Source of the DNA: Bdellovibrionales bacterium
GTDB taxonomy: Bacteria; Bdellovibrionota; Bdellovibrionia; Bdellovibrionales; UBA1609
Assembly: GCA_965242515.1 (NCBI GenBank)
Contig: OZ251448.1
Span: 1,300,692 to 1,364,691 of the forward strand
Length of the DNA stretch: 64,000 nucleotides
Direction of reading: 5' to 3'
The translations under genes and the position numbers were made by a program. Below the pieces are notes generated by a model. That model was not told the DNA's origin and searched no databases. It saw only the letters and a program-made list of their open reading frames with translations. The stretch's first letter is position 1, and each line of letters begins with the position of its first letter. Positions 9,426-20,991 of the stretch are shown one piece after another.

Positions 9426-11960
9426 TTAGTGTTTTTGTAGAGATACATTTTGTGAATAATGGGCTTTTAAGCCAGATATTTTTTCAAACCGACGCTTAAA
9501 CAGGTCTTGAGCCACTTTAATTTCCAAGGCTTTTACTAGTATTTGATCAATATGTTGCACGGTGATGATCTCTAATTTTTTTAAGATATCGGCGGGAAGG
9601 TCTTTTTCTTTATCTTTTAAATCCTTTGCATTCTCTTGTGGGATAATGATGGTTTTTATACCTTCTCTGTGAGCGGCTAAAATTTTTTCTTTTAAGCCCC
9701 CAATAGCTAGTACGCGACCCCTAAGGGTTATTTCGCCTGTCATGGCGATGGTTTTTCTTACGGGGAATCGAGTAATAGCAGACACTAAAGAAGTTGTGAT
9801 AGCCACCCCCGCAGATGGTCCATCTTTTGGGACTGCACCTTCTGGCACATGGATATGAAAATCATGTTTTTCAAAAAATTCTGGAGGTAGTCCAAATAAA
9901 GGACCACGGGAGCGTACATAGCTTAAAGCTGCGGAACAAGATTCTTTCATCACATCCCCTAACTGCCCGGTGATAATAAATTTACCTTTGCCCGGCACAG
10001 CAATGGCTTCAATAATAAGTAAGTCCCCGCCTGTTTCTGTCCAAGCCAACCCATTGGTAAGACCTATTTCACTGCGTTTTTCTGCTTTACCGTATTTAAA
10101 TTTTTGTATACCTAAGTAGTGTTTAATTTTAGGGTGGGTGATGGTGCAATCATAAGCTTTTTTGCCTTCTTCTTTTGCGGAGATGATGTCTCGCACAAGC
10201 TTCCTGCAAATTTTAGCAATTTGTCGCTCCAACTCCCTTACTCCTGCCTCTCTGGTGTAATAACGGATAATGGTTTTTAAAATATCTTTGCTAAAATTTA
10301 TGGAGTATTTTTCTAACCCATGTTTTTTAATTTGCTTACAAACTAAGTACTTATCTGCAATATCTAATTTTTCTGCCTCTGTGTAGCCTTCGATAGGGAT
10401 TTTTTCCATACGATCTAATAAAGCTCTAGGAATATTGTGTGCTGAATTAGCTGTGGTAATAAATAAAATAGAAGATAGGTCATAGTTGACTTCTAAATAA
10501 TGATCTTGAAAGGCTTCGTTTTGCTCCGGATCTAATACCTCTAATAAAGCACTGGAAGGGTCTCCTCTAAAATTGGTGCTAATTTTATCCACTTCATCTA
10601 ATAAAAATAAAGGGTTTCCGTATTTTACTTTTCTTAAAGCTTGTATGATTTTACCGGGCATAGCCCCTACATAAGTGCGTCTGTGACCTCTGATTTCCGC
10701 TTCATCTTGCACCCCTCCCATGGAAATACTAGCAAATGGTCGCCCTAATGCTCTGGCAATAGAACGAGCCAAAGAAGTTTTACCCACCCCCGGGGGACCT
10801 ACAAAACATAAAATAGGGCTTTTAGGTTGGTCCGTCATGGTTCGAACAGCTAAGTACTCTAAAATTCTTTCCTTCACTTGCTTTAAACCCCAATGATCTT
10901 TGTTCAGTACATCTTGAGCTTTTTTAATATGGCACTTTTCTTTAATATAATGAGCCCAAGGTAAGTCAATCATCCAGTCTATGTAGTTTCTAATAATGCC
11001 TGTTTCTGCACTCATAGGGGACATGATTTTTAGTTTTTTTATCTCTCTGGTAGCTTTTTCTTGAGCTTCTTTAGACCATTTTTTTTTGCGAGCTTTTTCT
11101 TCTAATTCTTTTACTTCTTTTTGAAAATCATCTTTTTCTCCTAGCTCTTTTTGGATAGCTTGCAATTGTTCATTTAAATAATACTCCTTGTGTGTACGCT
11201 CCATTTGTTCTTTAACATTGCTACGCAACTTTTTTTCTACTTTTAAAACCTCTATTTCTCGTGTGATATGCTTTAATATCATTCTTAATCTATCTACGGC
11301 GTTAAAGCTTTCTAAAATAGCTTGTTGATCTTCCAGTTTTAGTGTCATTTGAGAGGCAATGTTGTCCGCTAATTCGTTAAAATTATCTATGGTAGCCACC
11401 CGGGCTAATACTTCTGGTGGGATTTGTCTGTTTAGTTTCACATAAGTTTCAAAGGTAGAACATACCATACGGGCTAAAGCTTTAGCCTCTGTGGGTTTTT
11501 TAGTGTTTTCTACAATAGGTAATACCTGTATTTTAAAATAAGGCTCAAGCCCCAGGTATTTTTTAATATGCACTCGCCCTTTTCCCTCTACTAAGGCTTT
11601 TACTGTACCATCCGGTAGCCTCAAATGTTGAATGATAGTGCATAAAGTACCAACTGTATGAATGTCATCTGGTCCGGGGTTAGAGCGTCTGGCATCTTTT
11701 TGAGCAGCTAATATAATATCTCTTTGGTCGTCCATAGCGGCTTGTAAAGCTTGAATGCTTTTGTCACGCCCTACAAAAAGGGGCATCATCATTTGTGGAA
11801 AAATTACTAAATCTCTTAAAGATAACAAAGGTAAAGTAAGATAAGATTTTTCATCTGCTGGTGTTTCATCTGCTGGTGTTTTATCTGCTGGTGTTTTATT
11901 TGCTGGTGTTTTGTCTGCTGGCACAGCTTGTGGTTTTCGTTTTGTTTGTTTTTTAGGCAC
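9426..11960 (-). CDS. lon: ATP-dependent Lon protease
   Basis: 844 aa. Lon N-domain, Walker [10 protein letters not shown] and protease domain with [12 protein letters not shown]-terminal repeat extension [23 protein letters not shown]. Confidence 0.95.
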   Translation of the reverse strand: MPKKQTKRKPQAVPADKTPANKTPADKTPADETPADEKSYLTLPLLSLRDLVIFPQMMMPLFVGRDKSIQALQAAMDDQRDIILAAQKDARRSNPGPDDIHTVGTLCTIIQHLRLPDGTVKALVEGKGRVHIKKYLGLEPYFKIQVLPIVENTKKPTEAKALARMVCSTFETYVKLNRQIPPEVLARVATIDNFNELADNIASQMTLKLEDQQAILESFNAVDRLRMILKHITREIEVLKVEKKLRSNVKEQMERTHKEYYLNEQLQAIQKELGEKDDFQKEVKELEEKARKKKWSKEAQEKATREIKKLKIMSPMSAETGIIRNYIDWMIDLPWAHYIKEKCHIKKAQDVLNKDHWGLKQVKERILEYLAVRTMTDQPKSPILCFVGPPGVGKTSLARSIARALGRPFASISMGGVQDEAEIRGHRRTYVGAMPGKIIQALRKVKYGNPLFLLDEVDKISTNFRGDPSSALLEVLDPEQNEAFQDHYLEVNYDLSSILFITTANSAHNIPRALLDRMEKIPIEGYTEAEKLDIADKYLVCKQIKKHGLEKYSINFSKDILKTIIRYYTREAGVRELERQIAKICRKLVRDIISAKEEGKKAYDCTITHPKIKHYLGIQKFKYGKAEKRSEIGLTNGLAWTETGGDLLIIEAIAVPGKGKFIITGQLGDVMKESCSAALSYVRSRGPLFGLPPEFFEKHDFHIHVPEGAVPKDGPSAGVAITTSLVSAITRFPVRKTIAMTGEITLRGRVLAIGGLKEKILAAHREGIKTIIIPQENAKDLKDKEKDLPADILKKLEIITVQHIDQILVKALEIKVAQDLFKRRFEKISGLKAHYSQNVSLQKH

Positions 11961-13248
11961 TTTCTGTATCAGCTCCTCGTGTTTTACTTTTTACCTTTCT
12001 ATTACTATATACAATATGAGGTTCTTTATTTTTTGCAATAACATCTTTTGTAATAATGCACTTTTTAATAGAAGGGTCGGATGGAGCATTGTACATCACA
12101 TTGAGCATAGCTTGTTCAATAACACCTCTTAAGCCTCTTGCCCCTGTTTTTTTGCTCATTGCTTGATGAGCAATCGCTTTTAAAGCTTGGGGTTCAAACT
12201 TTAACTCCACTCCACTTTCCTTTAACATGTGTGTGTACTGCTTTACTAAGGCGTTTTTAGGTTTTTGTAAAATATCTACTAAAGATTTTTCATCTAAAGG
12301 GTCTAACACAGCTACCACAGGGAGGCGACCAATAAATTCTGGAATGAGACCATAACGAAACAAGTCATTTGGCTCTGCTTTTTTTAATACATTGTTTTTA
12401 AAAGATAGTTTTTCTCTTTCTGTTTTAATGTCTGCAGCAATCCCCATGGATTTATTAGAAATGCGATTTTCTATAATATTTTCTAAACCAATAAAAGCTC
12501 CCCCTACAATAAATAAAATATTAGAGGTGTTGACTTGAATAAATTCTTGCTGAGGGTGCTTTCTGCCCCCTTTAGGAGGTAAATTCGCTACAGTGCCTTC
12601 TAAAATTTTGAGCAAGGCTTGCTGTACACCTTCCCCACTTACATCTCTTGTAATAGAAGGGCTTTCTGATTTACGAGTGATTTTATCTATTTCATCAATG
12701 TAAATAATACCTTTTTGGGCTTTGTTCACATCGTAATTGGCAGCTTGTAAGAGGTTTAAAATAACATTTTCTACATCTTCTCCGACATAACCTGCCTCTG
12801 TGAGTGCTGTAGCATCCGAAATAGCAAAAGGTACATCTAAAATTCTAGCAATCGTTTGTGCTAAAAGAGTTTTGCCCGAGCCTGTTGGACCAATAAGTAA
12901 AACATTACTTTTAGCAATTTCTATTTTCTCTTCCCCCCTTTTTTTGGAAGTAAAGCGAGTCGTAGCCTGATTAATCCTTTTATAATGATTGTACACAGCC
13001 ACTGATAAGGTTTTTTTAGCTAATTCTTGACCAATAATGTAGGAATCTAAGTGTTTGTGAATTTCTAAAGGGGTGGGAATGGATAGCTTAATATCTTCAG
13101 GTTGTTTTTCACTACTGGTTTCTTCTTCAATTAAATCAACACATAACTCCACACAATCATTGCAGATGTATACTCCGTCTGGTCCAGAAATAAGATGCTT
13201 AACATCTTTTTTGTGCTTGGTGCAAAAACTACAGATATTTCTGTTCAT
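11953..13248 (-). CDS. clpX: ATP-dependent Clp protease ATP-binding subunit ClpX
   Basis: Zinc-ribbon CSFC...CNDC and Walker [12 protein letters not shown]. 8-bp overlap with lon. Confidence 0.95.
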   Translation of the reverse strand: MNRNICSFCTKHKKDVKHLISGPDGVYICNDCVELCVDLIEEETSSEKQPEDIKLSIPTPLEIHKHLDSYIIGQELAKKTLSVAVYNHYKRINQATTRFTSKKRGEEKIEIAKSNVLLIGPTGSGKTLLAQTIARILDVPFAISDATALTEAGYVGEDVENVILNLLQAANYDVNKAQKGIIYIDEIDKITRKSESPSITRDVSGEGVQQALLKILEGTVANLPPKGGRKHPQQEFIQVNTSNILFIVGGAFIGLENIIENRISNKSMGIAADIKTEREKLSFKNNVLKKAEPNDLFRYGLIPEFIGRLPVVAVLDPLDEKSLVDILQKPKNALVKQYTHMLKESGVELKFEPQALKAIAHQAMSKKTGARGLRGVIEQAMLNVMYNAPSDPSIKKCIITKDVIAKNKEPHIVYSNRKVKSKTRGADTESA

Positions 13249-13850
13249 AAAGCCACTTTCTTTCTGCTAGACACAATGTGATCAATGAGATTAAAATCTT
13301 TGGCTTCTTCAGCACTCATATAATAGTCCCTATCCATAGCTTCGTTTAATTTTTTAGTGGATTGACCTGTGTGTTTAGAGTAAATCTGTGCTAATTTCTT
13401 TTTGGTTACACTCATTTCTCGAGCTTGAATTTCAATATCACTTACCTGCCCTGATAAACCAGACCCCGCTACATGAGGCTGATGAATCATAATCCTTGCA
13501 TGAGGTAAAGCATACCTCTTACCCGTCGTGCCAGACGCTAATAATAAAGACCCCATACTGGCTGCTTGCCCAATGCAGTAAGTGCTAATATCACATTTAA
13601 CAAATTGCATAATGTCGTAAAGGGCTATTCCTGCTGTTACACTGCCTCCGGGAGAGTTAATGTATAATTGTATGTCTTTTTCAGGGTTTTCCATTTCTAA
13701 ATAAAAAATTTGAGCAATAATACTGTTTACCACCTCTGCTGTTACAGCAGTGCCTAACATAATAATGCGATCTTTTAAAAGCCTAGAGTAAATATCATAG
13801 CTTCTTTCCCCTTTAGGGGTGTGTTCAATAACAAAAGGTATGAGAGACAA
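13245..13850 (-). CDS. clpP: ATP-dependent Clp protease proteolytic subunit ClpP
   Basis: TTG start preceded by [31 protein letters not shown], catalytic Ser region GQAASMGS, and MIHQP. 4-bp overlap with clpX. Confidence 0.95.
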   Translation of the reverse strand: MSLIPFVIEHTPKGERSYDIYSRLLKDRIIMLGTAVTAEVVNSIIAQIFYLEMENPEKDIQLYINSPGGSVTAGIALYDIMQFVKCDISTYCIGQAASMGSLLLASGTTGKRYALPHARIMIHQPHVAGSGLSGQVSDIEIQAREMSVTKKKLAQIYSKHTGQSTKKLNEAMDRDYYMSAEEAKDFNLIDHIVSSRKKVAL

Positions 13851-14074
13851 AATCTTTTCTCCTTGGTTTTTTAATTTTTTATTCTTTTTTAAAACTTTCT
13901 ATATTACATGTCGGGTTTATTTTATACCTACTTAAAAAAGAATAAACAAGAATCTTAGTCAAAAGACCTAAAACTTACACTTAAAAGTGGTAAAATTTGT
14001 CCTTATTTTTAAAATATGTTACAAAATACCCCTTTACCATATAAAATTTCAATCATTAAAGGGGGTTTTTTACC

Positions 14075-15616
14075 ATGAAAATATCTATTTTGCAAAAATC
14101 AACTCTTAAAGAAAAAAACAGCTTAGTCGTCATGCTAGCTCAAAAACCAGAGCAAAAAGAGGCTAAAAAGGCAGATTCTTTGGATTATTCTAAAATTTAT
14201 AAGTCCTTTTCTGCATCACAAAAGCTTATGGTACAAAAACTTATAAAAGATAAGGTTTTTCAAGCACGCACAGGGGAGAGCTTATTTTTGCCAGAATGTG
14301 GCTCTTCTAACTCTCAGCATCTACTTTTAGTAGGCTTAGGTCCTGTTAAAAAAATAACAGTGGAATCCATAAGGCAAGCTACAGCTTATACTGTACGGTG
14401 TTTAGAGCAAAAAAATCAAACACATGTTGTGTGTGATTTTTCCTCACTTCTTTATTTTATAAAAAACCCTTTGGAGTTAGCGTCTACCCTTTGCGAGGGC
14501 TTTATTTTATCCAATTATCTTTTTAATCATCTTAAAAAACATAAGGATAAGAAAATCACCCCTTTAAAACAAGTGTTTTTGAAAAATGTAAGCAATCCAA
14601 AAATGGTTAATCTCGGGATAACACAAGGTCAATGCTTAGCTGAAAGTATTAATTTTGCAAGAACCCTAAGCGACTATCCTTCTAATTTAATGACTCCCAG
14701 TATATTAGCCTCTTCTGTACAAAAACAAAGCAAGGGGTTAAAAGACTTAAAAGTAAGTGTGTGGAATAAAGCTCGTATTGTAAAAGAAAAAATGGGAGGT
14801 GTTTTAGGTGTATCTTCTGGAAGCAATCAAGAACCTAGAGTGATTATCATGGAGTACAAACCTAAAAAAGCTAAAAATAAACACCCTTATTGTTTTGTGG
14901 GTAAAGGGCTTACTTTCGACTCAGGAGGCATTAGCCTAAAACCTGCAAAAAACATGGATGAGATGAAATTTGATATGTGCGGATCAGCCGCTGTGATTGG
15001 GGCTTTAATGGCTGTGGCTCGTTTAAAGCTCAATGTATCGGTTATAGGACTTGTGGGTTCTAGTGAAAATATGCCAGGGGCTGCGGCTACTAAACCCTCT
15101 GATATTTTAAAAGCTAGAAATGGCAAAACCATGGAAGTGCTCAACACCGATGCAGAAGGTAGACTAGTACTAGCAGATATACTTTCTTACGCATGTGAGA
15201 AACAGCCAGAATTTATCGTAGATGCAGCTACCTTAACAGGAGCTATTGTGGTGGCTTTAGGAAATATTTATACAGGGCTTTTTACTCGCCACAAATCTTT
15301 GAGAGAAAAAATCCAAAAAGCAGCCTTAAAAGCTGGAGAAAAAATGTGGCCCATGCCTTTAGATGATTTTCATGTAAAAGACATTAAAAGCCATGTGGGG
15401 GATGTGGCAAATATTTCTTCTACGGGTGGGGCAGGTAGCTCTACAGCAGCCGCTTTTTTAGAGCATTTTGTGGATAAAAAAATACCTTGGGCCCACTTAG
15501 ATATTGCAGGTACGGCCTGGAATGTGGAAAATCGCCTTCCTTATTGTCGTCCTAAATCGGCATCTGGAGTGATGGTCAGAACTTTTGTTGAACTTTGTAA
15601 AATCTATAGATCATAA
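14075..15616 (+). CDS. pepA: leucyl aminopeptidase (M17)
   Basis: VGKGLTFDSGGISLKP and the M17 signature NTDAEGRLVLAD. Confidence 0.9.
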   Translation: MKISILQKSTLKEKNSLVVMLAQKPEQKEAKKADSLDYSKIYKSFSASQKLMVQKLIKDKVFQARTGESLFLPECGSSNSQHLLLVGLGPVKKITVESIRQATAYTVRCLEQKNQTHVVCDFSSLLYFIKNPLELASTLCEGFILSNYLFNHLKKHKDKKITPLKQVFLKNVSNPKMVNLGITQGQCLAESINFARTLSDYPSNLMTPSILASSVQKQSKGLKDLKVSVWNKARIVKEKMGGVLGVSSGSNQEPRVIIMEYKPKKAKNKHPYCFVGKGLTFDSGGISLKPAKNMDEMKFDMCGSAAVIGALMAVARLKLNVSVIGLVGSSENMPGAAATKPSDILKARNGKTMEVLNTDAEGRLVLADILSYACEKQPEFIVDAATLTGAIVVALGNIYTGLFTRHKSLREKIQKAALKAGEKMWPMPLDDFHVKDIKSHVGDVANISSTGGAGSSTAAAFLEHFVDKKIPWAHLDIAGTAWNVENRLPYCRPKSASGVMVRTFVELCKIYRS

Positions 15617-15627
15617 TAAGAGGGTAT

Positions 15628-16329
15628 ATGAGATTTAACATATCTAAAAAACACTTAAAAAAAATATCACTCGGGTTTTTAATTTTATTTTTTCCGTTAG
15701 GATTTTTTATAGCTAAAAAATTAAATAATGATGATGTAGTTATGTACTTAACCCCCGGGAAACCTCATAGCTCTTTTAGAAATATCGCAAGTGTTGGTCA
15801 AAAAAATATCGCTATCCCTTCTTCTTTAATACTGCAACCTGGTAAATTAAGTGATAAATCACAACATGATTTTGTCAAAGCTTCTGCTTTAATATCTTCT
15901 GCGGGAGATAATATTCAGTTTTATTTAGCGAGATTTTTAGTATCCTCTACCGCTGGGGAAGCCACTTTAGTTTGTCAAAAATATAATCAAGTGGATATTG
16001 TGTTTAAAGCTTACAGTCATGCCATCCATGGGCATGTTCCGCAAATGATTTTAAAAGCTCGTTGTAAAGCTTCTGCCTCACGCTCCACTCAACTAGGTCC
16101 CTTTAATATACCTAAGAAACAAATATTAAATTCTCCTATTTCTGAGCAATTGTTTTCTTCACCTTCTTCTATCGGAAGACAAGTGCTACTTTTTAGTAAT
16201 GTGGGTATTGCATGGCCTGGTGAATGGGTGCTGTCAGAATTAAAATTTGGTAATAATCAAAACCAAAATTTTTCTATTTATTTTACCTCTCAAAACCCTA
16301 AAGATTATTTTATCGTTTATCTAAAGTAA
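15628..16329 (+). CDS. hypothetical membrane-anchored protein
   Basis: N-terminal TM ISLGFLILFFPLGFFIA. 11-nt gap after pepA. No family recognised. Confidence 0.5.
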   Translation: MRFNISKKHLKKISLGFLILFFPLGFFIAKKLNNDDVVMYLTPGKPHSSFRNIASVGQKNIAIPSSLILQPGKLSDKSQHDFVKASALISSAGDNIQFYLARFLVSSTAGEATLVCQKYNQVDIVFKAYSHAIHGHVPQMILKARCKASASRSTQLGPFNIPKKQILNSPISEQLFSSPSSIGRQVLLFSNVGIAWPGEWVLSELKFGNNQNQNFSIYFTSQNPKDYFIVYLK

Positions 16330-16348
16330 TTAAAAAAATAATTTTTTT

Positions 16349-17533
16349 TTATGATATTTCAAAAGTAACAGCTAAAGCACTTAAATGAGCTATCCACCCA
16401 TAAACATTTTCTAACACTTTGCCTTCTACTTCAATTTCTAAATCAGAAATGCAAAGTGTCCGGTACACAGCCCCCGGGCTATTTAGGTTGTCAGTAGCAC
16501 CTTTGTGTTTGTGTGCTCTTAAAAACCCCCCAATGACTTTTTCTCCAATAAAGTACAGCACAGGTTCAGACACCAACCCTTCCGTTTTTAAATGCGATAC
16601 AATGCCTTCTTGTAAAATAAGCTCTGTGAGTTTCCTTCCCCCTTTAGAGGCTTTCATTTTTTTTCTTATCTTGTAATTCCAATGATCTATATCTTCTGCA
16701 CAACTAATACGAGTAATACCTAAACCATAAGTGCCAGAATTGTTTTTTAAAAACACAAAAGGCTTGGTTTTTTTATAAAAAGGTTTTAATTTTTTTATAA
16801 AGCTTGTAACTTGGTTTTTTAATTTTTTTAGACAGTCAGGGTTGTTAATGTCAAAATTAGTAAAACATTCCGTTTGGATACTGAGTATAAAAGGGTCTAT
16901 TTCTATAAGTTTTGCAAAGCTTTGAGCTAATAAGTTGTACTGATTAAAAAAATGATGCTTTTTTCTATAACGCCAACCCTCCAAAGGAGAAGGTATTGCT
17001 AATAAACTTTCTGGTAATTGGTAATCAGTAGAAAAATCATTATTACTAACAATAAGGTTAGCTTCTTTTTGTTTTTGTTTTAATGTAAATACTTCTATAG
17101 GATACCCTTTGGCACTAATGATAGTTTGATTTTTTAAAATATTTTTCCCCGGCACACACACCCATACAGAAGATAAATGCGTGTTTTCTAATAACACCTT
17201 TAAAGTATAGATATTATCCCAATAAAATGGATTATGGGTGTGTTCTTCTGCTAGTAAAATAACATTTTTTACTTTTGGATGATGTTTTTTTAAATAAGTT
17301 TTACAAAAAAGTGGAGCAAGGTGTTTATCTATATCACAAATATTGTTAAAACCGGCTGGAAATAAATTAGCATCTACAGGGGCTATCTTCCCACCCCCTG
17401 ATCGCATATCAAAACTAGAATAAAACGGGAAAACTCTACCTTGACTTTTTTTTTGAAACCAGTTTTTTACCTTATCATAATGAGTGATAATTTGACGATG
17501 AATATGATCTTCTAACTGCGAACAAGAATCCAT
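16349..17533 (-). CDS. probable glutamate-cysteine ligase of the ATP-grasp-like GshA family
   Basis: FPFYSSFDMRSGGGKIAPVDANLFPAGFNNI and NSGTYGLGI resemble motifs I recall from the bacterial GshA family. This is an assignment from memory only. Confidence 0.5.
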   Translation of the reverse strand: MDSCSQLEDHIHRQIITHYDKVKNWFQKKSQGRVFPFYSSFDMRSGGGKIAPVDANLFPAGFNNICDIDKHLAPLFCKTYLKKHHPKVKNVILLAEEHTHNPFYWDNIYTLKVLLENTHLSSVWVCVPGKNILKNQTIISAKGYPIEVFTLKQKQKEANLIVSNNDFSTDYQLPESLLAIPSPLEGWRYRKKHHFFNQYNLLAQSFAKLIEIDPFILSIQTECFTNFDINNPDCLKKLKNQVTSFIKKLKPFYKKTKPFVFLKNNSGTYGLGITRISCAEDIDHWNYKIRKKMKASKGGRKLTELILQEGIVSHLKTEGLVSEPVLYFIGEKVIGGFLRAHKHKGATDNLNSPGAVYRTLCISDLEIEVEGKVLENVYGWIAHLSALAVTFEIS

Positions 17534-17571
17534 TTATTTTACCTCTTAAAATAATAAAATAACTAACTGTT

Positions 17572-19068
17572 TCATTTTGAAGGGGAGGATTTAAAGTGAG
17601 GAAATAAAATAACATCTTTAAGACTTTTTTGGTTAGTAAGTAGCAGTACTAACCTTTCTACTCCTAAGCCTACACCTCCTGTGGGTGGCATACCTACATC
17701 GATAGCCCCAGCAAAGTCTTCGTCCATGGGGTGGTGGTATTCATTGTTGACATTTCTTTTCCCTGCTTGGGTTTTCAGCCTACTTCTTTGCTCTACAGGG
17801 TCGTTGAGTTCAGTGTAGGCATTACCACATTCCATACCCGCTATAAAAGGCTCAAACCGCTCTACTAAATGTTTGTGCTTTCTATGTGTTTTGGTTAAAG
17901 GGGATACTTCTTTCGGAAAATCAGTAATAAATACAGGCTTCCATAAATGAGGCTCTACTATTTTGTCAAAAAGTGCCATAATTATTTCCCCTCGAGAAGA
18001 ATCTTTCGTCAATAAACAAGTGGTAGAATCTTTTTTGCTTAATTCTTGTATTTTAGAATATAGCTCTTTTTGAGTTTTATTTTCTACATTAAAATTGCCA
18101 TATTGTTTAATGGCATCTGTGACACTAAGCCTTTTCCAAGGGGGAGTAAAGTTAAGGGGCTTTCCTTGATAAGAAATATTTAAAGTGCCTTTTATTTTTT
18201 TAACAATATGACACACCAATTCTTCAAATTGTGCCATTTGATATAAGTAGTCCGTGTAGGTTTCATAATATTCTAATAAAGTAAATTCTGGGCTGTGGAG
18301 CCTGTCTACCCCCTCGTTTCTAAAATTCTTACCTAATTCATAAACTTTTTCAAAACCTCCTACAATAAGCCTTTTTAAATAAAGCTCCGGGGAGATTTTA
18401 AGATATAATTTACAATCTAAAGCTCGGTGATGAGTTGTAAAAGGCTCTGCCACAGCCCCTCCATAAAGAGCTTGCAGTACCGGGGTTTCTACCTCCATAA
18501 AACCTTTGTTGTTAAGAAAAAAGCGTATTTCTTGCATAATGCGAGACCTTATTTGAAAAATTTCTTTCACTTCTGGTTTCATAATAAGTTGTAAATATCG
18601 CCTTCGGTATTGTAGCTGTTTGTCTTCTAATCCATGGTACTTTTCTGGTAAAGGCTCAAGACTTTTACAAATAATTTGAAATTGTTTGCACCTTAAGGTT
18701 AATTCCCCTTTTTTTGTTCGAAACACCACTCCCTTAACCCCTACAATATCGCCAATATCTACTAATTCGAAAAACTGTAAAGATTGCGGGTCTAACTCTT
18801 TAAGCTTAATGTAACATTGAAAACTGCCTTTTTCGTCTTGCACATTGAAAAAAGCGGCTTTTCCCATGTTTCGCATAAGCATCAACCTTCCAGCAGTTTG
18901 TAGCAAAGTAGAAGAAGATTCTCCTGCCTTTAATTGTTGGTAATCAGTAGATATATCAGTACTAAAATGTAATCTGGAAAAATGATGAGGGTAAGGATTG
19001 AGCTTACAAGATAAAAGCTTGTCTCGTTTTTTTGCTTTTTCTTCTTTTAAAATATTACTGCTTGTCAT
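17572..19068 (-). CDS. lysS: lysine-tRNA ligase (class II)
   Basis: OB-fold N-domain, FRNEGVDRLHSPEFTLLEYY (motif 2 region) and GGVGLGVERLVLLL (motif 3). Confidence 0.95.
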   Translation of the reverse strand: MTSSNILKEEKAKKRDKLLSCKLNPYPHHFSRLHFSTDISTDYQQLKAGESSSTLLQTAGRLMLMRNMGKAAFFNVQDEKGSFQCYIKLKELDPQSLQFFELVDIGDIVGVKGVVFRTKKGELTLRCKQFQIICKSLEPLPEKYHGLEDKQLQYRRRYLQLIMKPEVKEIFQIRSRIMQEIRFFLNNKGFMEVETPVLQALYGGAVAEPFTTHHRALDCKLYLKISPELYLKRLIVGGFEKVYELGKNFRNEGVDRLHSPEFTLLEYYETYTDYLYQMAQFEELVCHIVKKIKGTLNISYQGKPLNFTPPWKRLSVTDAIKQYGNFNVENKTQKELYSKIQELSKKDSTTCLLTKDSSRGEIIMALFDKIVEPHLWKPVFITDFPKEVSPLTKTHRKHKHLVERFEPFIAGMECGNAYTELNDPVEQRSRLKTQAGKRNVNNEYHHPMDEDFAGAIDVGMPPTGGVGLGVERLVLLLTNQKSLKDVILFPHFKSSPSK

Positions 19069-19982
19069 GTTTGATTTTTATAAATGTCCATAATGTCTTT
19101 TAGTAAAGTGAGAGCCTCATTAAAGGGGCGTTGAAAAGCATTTCGCCCTACAATACTGCCAAAAGCCCCCCCCTTTGCTAAAGCTGTTATTTCTTTAAGA
19201 AGGGCTGATTTTTCTTTTGCCACTCCTCCACTAAAAATAACAATTCTTTTACCATTAAAAGCGGATTGAATAACCCATTTCACCCTTTCAGATAAAGTAC
19301 TTTTAGCCCCAAATGGTTTCATGTTTTTTACCTTTAAATTGTGGATATGCTCTGAAGGGGGTTTGACTTTTATAATATGAGCCCCTAATTGTGCTGCAAT
19401 ATGTGCTGCATAAGCTATCACATCTAATGCTGTTTCTGATAACGAACTAAGCCCCTTACCCCTTGGGTAAGACCATATCACCACCACTAAGCCTTTGCTT
19501 TTTGCCTTTTTTGCTATAGTGGTAATTTGTTCGTACATTTTAAAGCTATTTTCGCCACCTGGGTAAATAGTAAAACCTATGCCTACACAACCCAGTTGTA
19601 AGGCATCTTCTACACATGAGGTAATAGCAGGCAGAGGAGCTGTGCTACTTTTATACAAAGAATCCGCATTGTTGACTTTTAAAATAAGGGGGATTTGCCC
19701 TATAAATTTTTTAGCCCCTGCACTTAAAAAACCAAAAGGTGCGGTATAGGCCGAGCATTTTGCTTCTATGGCAAGTTGAAAATGATAAGAAGGGTCAAAA
19801 GCTTGCCTGTGAGAGGCAAAACTGGGTAAAGGACCATGCTCAAAACCTTGATCCACAGGTAAAATCACCATTTTCCCCGTGCCAGATAAGTAACCATGGT
19901 TTAAAATACGGGCTAAATTGTTTAAAACTCCGACATTTTCCGTATCGTAGTGTTTAAGTATTTCTTGTATTTGTTTTGTCAT
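19065..19982 (-). CDS. class I aldolase of the DhnA/FbaB (DeoC/LacD) family
   Basis: 305 aa. LPVDQGFEHGP, and the Schiff-base Lys region AHIIKVKPP. 4-bp overlap with lysS. Confidence 0.7.
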   Translation of the reverse strand: MTKQIQEILKHYDTENVGVLNNLARILNHGYLSGTGKMVILPVDQGFEHGPLPSFASHRQAFDPSYHFQLAIEAKCSAYTAPFGFLSAGAKKFIGQIPLILKVNNADSLYKSSTAPLPAITSCVEDALQLGCVGIGFTIYPGGENSFKMYEQITTIAKKAKSKGLVVVIWSYPRGKGLSSLSETALDVIAYAAHIAAQLGAHIIKVKPPSEHIHNLKVKNMKPFGAKSTLSERVKWVIQSAFNGKRIVIFSGGVAKEKSALLKEITALAKGGAFGSIVGRNAFQRPFNEALTLLKDIMDIYKNQT

Positions 19983-20082
19983 AAAAGCTTTTATAATCTA
20001 TACCTTATAAATTAAGTAATCAAATAAAAAACTAATAAGATTTTTTTACCATGTTATTTGTAGGCATGTTATAATAATTTTA

Positions 20083-20775
20083 ATGACAACAAAAAATGCA
20101 CCTTCTTACAAAGAGGCGGATAAAGATGTAAATCACAATGATGTACATCACAATAATGATGTACATCACAATATTGCTGTGGTGATTGAAAAAACCCCGC
20201 ATCCTCAAGCTTTAAAATTTGCCTTCAGCCGTAACATGGTGGAGTATTCATTAGAAATTAGTTCTTTAGAGCAAGCCACTCGCTCTCCTTTAGCACAAAA
20301 GATTTTAGGCTTCCCCTGGGTAGAAAAAGTTTTTATTGGCTTAAACTTTATCACAGTGACTAAAGAAGACTGGGTGGAGTGGGATATTGTAAGTCGCCCC
20401 CTTTGCACACTTATTGAAGAGCATATTAAAAATGGCGAGGCTATTTTACACACTTTTAAGACTTCTGATTTAGCAAACAATGATTCTACTAAAGATAGTA
20501 CTAAAAATAACACTAAAGATAAAATTGAAACTTATGATGAACATGCTTTAGAAACTGTGCAAAAAATTAAACAAATTTTAGAAAAAGACATTCAACCCGC
20601 AGTCGCACAAGATGGGGGTTTTATTGCCTTTGCCGGGTACGAACAAGGCAAAGTGTTTTTAAAAATGCAAGGGGCATGTTCGGGATGCCCCAGTGCCTCG
20701 CTTACCTTAAAACAAGGGATAGAAAACCACCTTAAAACCCAACTTTCAGAAGTTAAAGAAGTAGTGGCTGTATGA
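20083..20775 (+). CDS. Nfu/NifU-like Fe-S cluster scaffold protein
   Basis: Nfu_N-like segment (HPQALKFAFS...GFPWVEKVFIGLNFITVTK) and NifU C-domain CxxC (GACSGCPSASLTLK). His/Asn-rich N-terminal repeat DVNHNDVHHNNDVHHN. Confidence 0.8.
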   Translation: MTTKNAPSYKEADKDVNHNDVHHNNDVHHNIAVVIEKTPHPQALKFAFSRNMVEYSLEISSLEQATRSPLAQKILGFPWVEKVFIGLNFITVTKEDWVEWDIVSRPLCTLIEEHIKNGEAILHTFKTSDLANNDSTKDSTKNNTKDKIETYDEHALETVQKIKQILEKDIQPAVAQDGGFIAFAGYEQGKVFLKMQGACSGCPSASLTLKQGIENHLKTQLSEVKEVVAV

Positions 20776-20877
20776 ATTTTTTTACATAGAGTGTAAAATT
20801 TAGCTGTTATATAGTATCATTGATTGGCATTAGATGGATAAAGTTAAGAAGCACATCAAAAGTAACCCCCTTTGGGG

Positions 20878-20892
20878 GTGTAAAATTTACAC
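20878..20892. promoter_or_regulatory. palindromic motif GTGTAAA-A-TTTACAC, candidate operator
   Basis: Perfect 7-bp inverted repeat with 1-nt spacer, 100 bp upstream of the ATG at 20992. The same 17-mer GGGTGTAAAATTTACAC recurs at 38986-39002. Confidence 0.3.
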
Positions 20893-20991
20893 AGGTTAAA
20901 ATAAATATTTGAGGTTTTTAACCTCTGTGTGGTAATTTTTGTTTATATATTTTTTTTAAGGTGTAATAAATCAATCAAGGAGAATAAAAAA

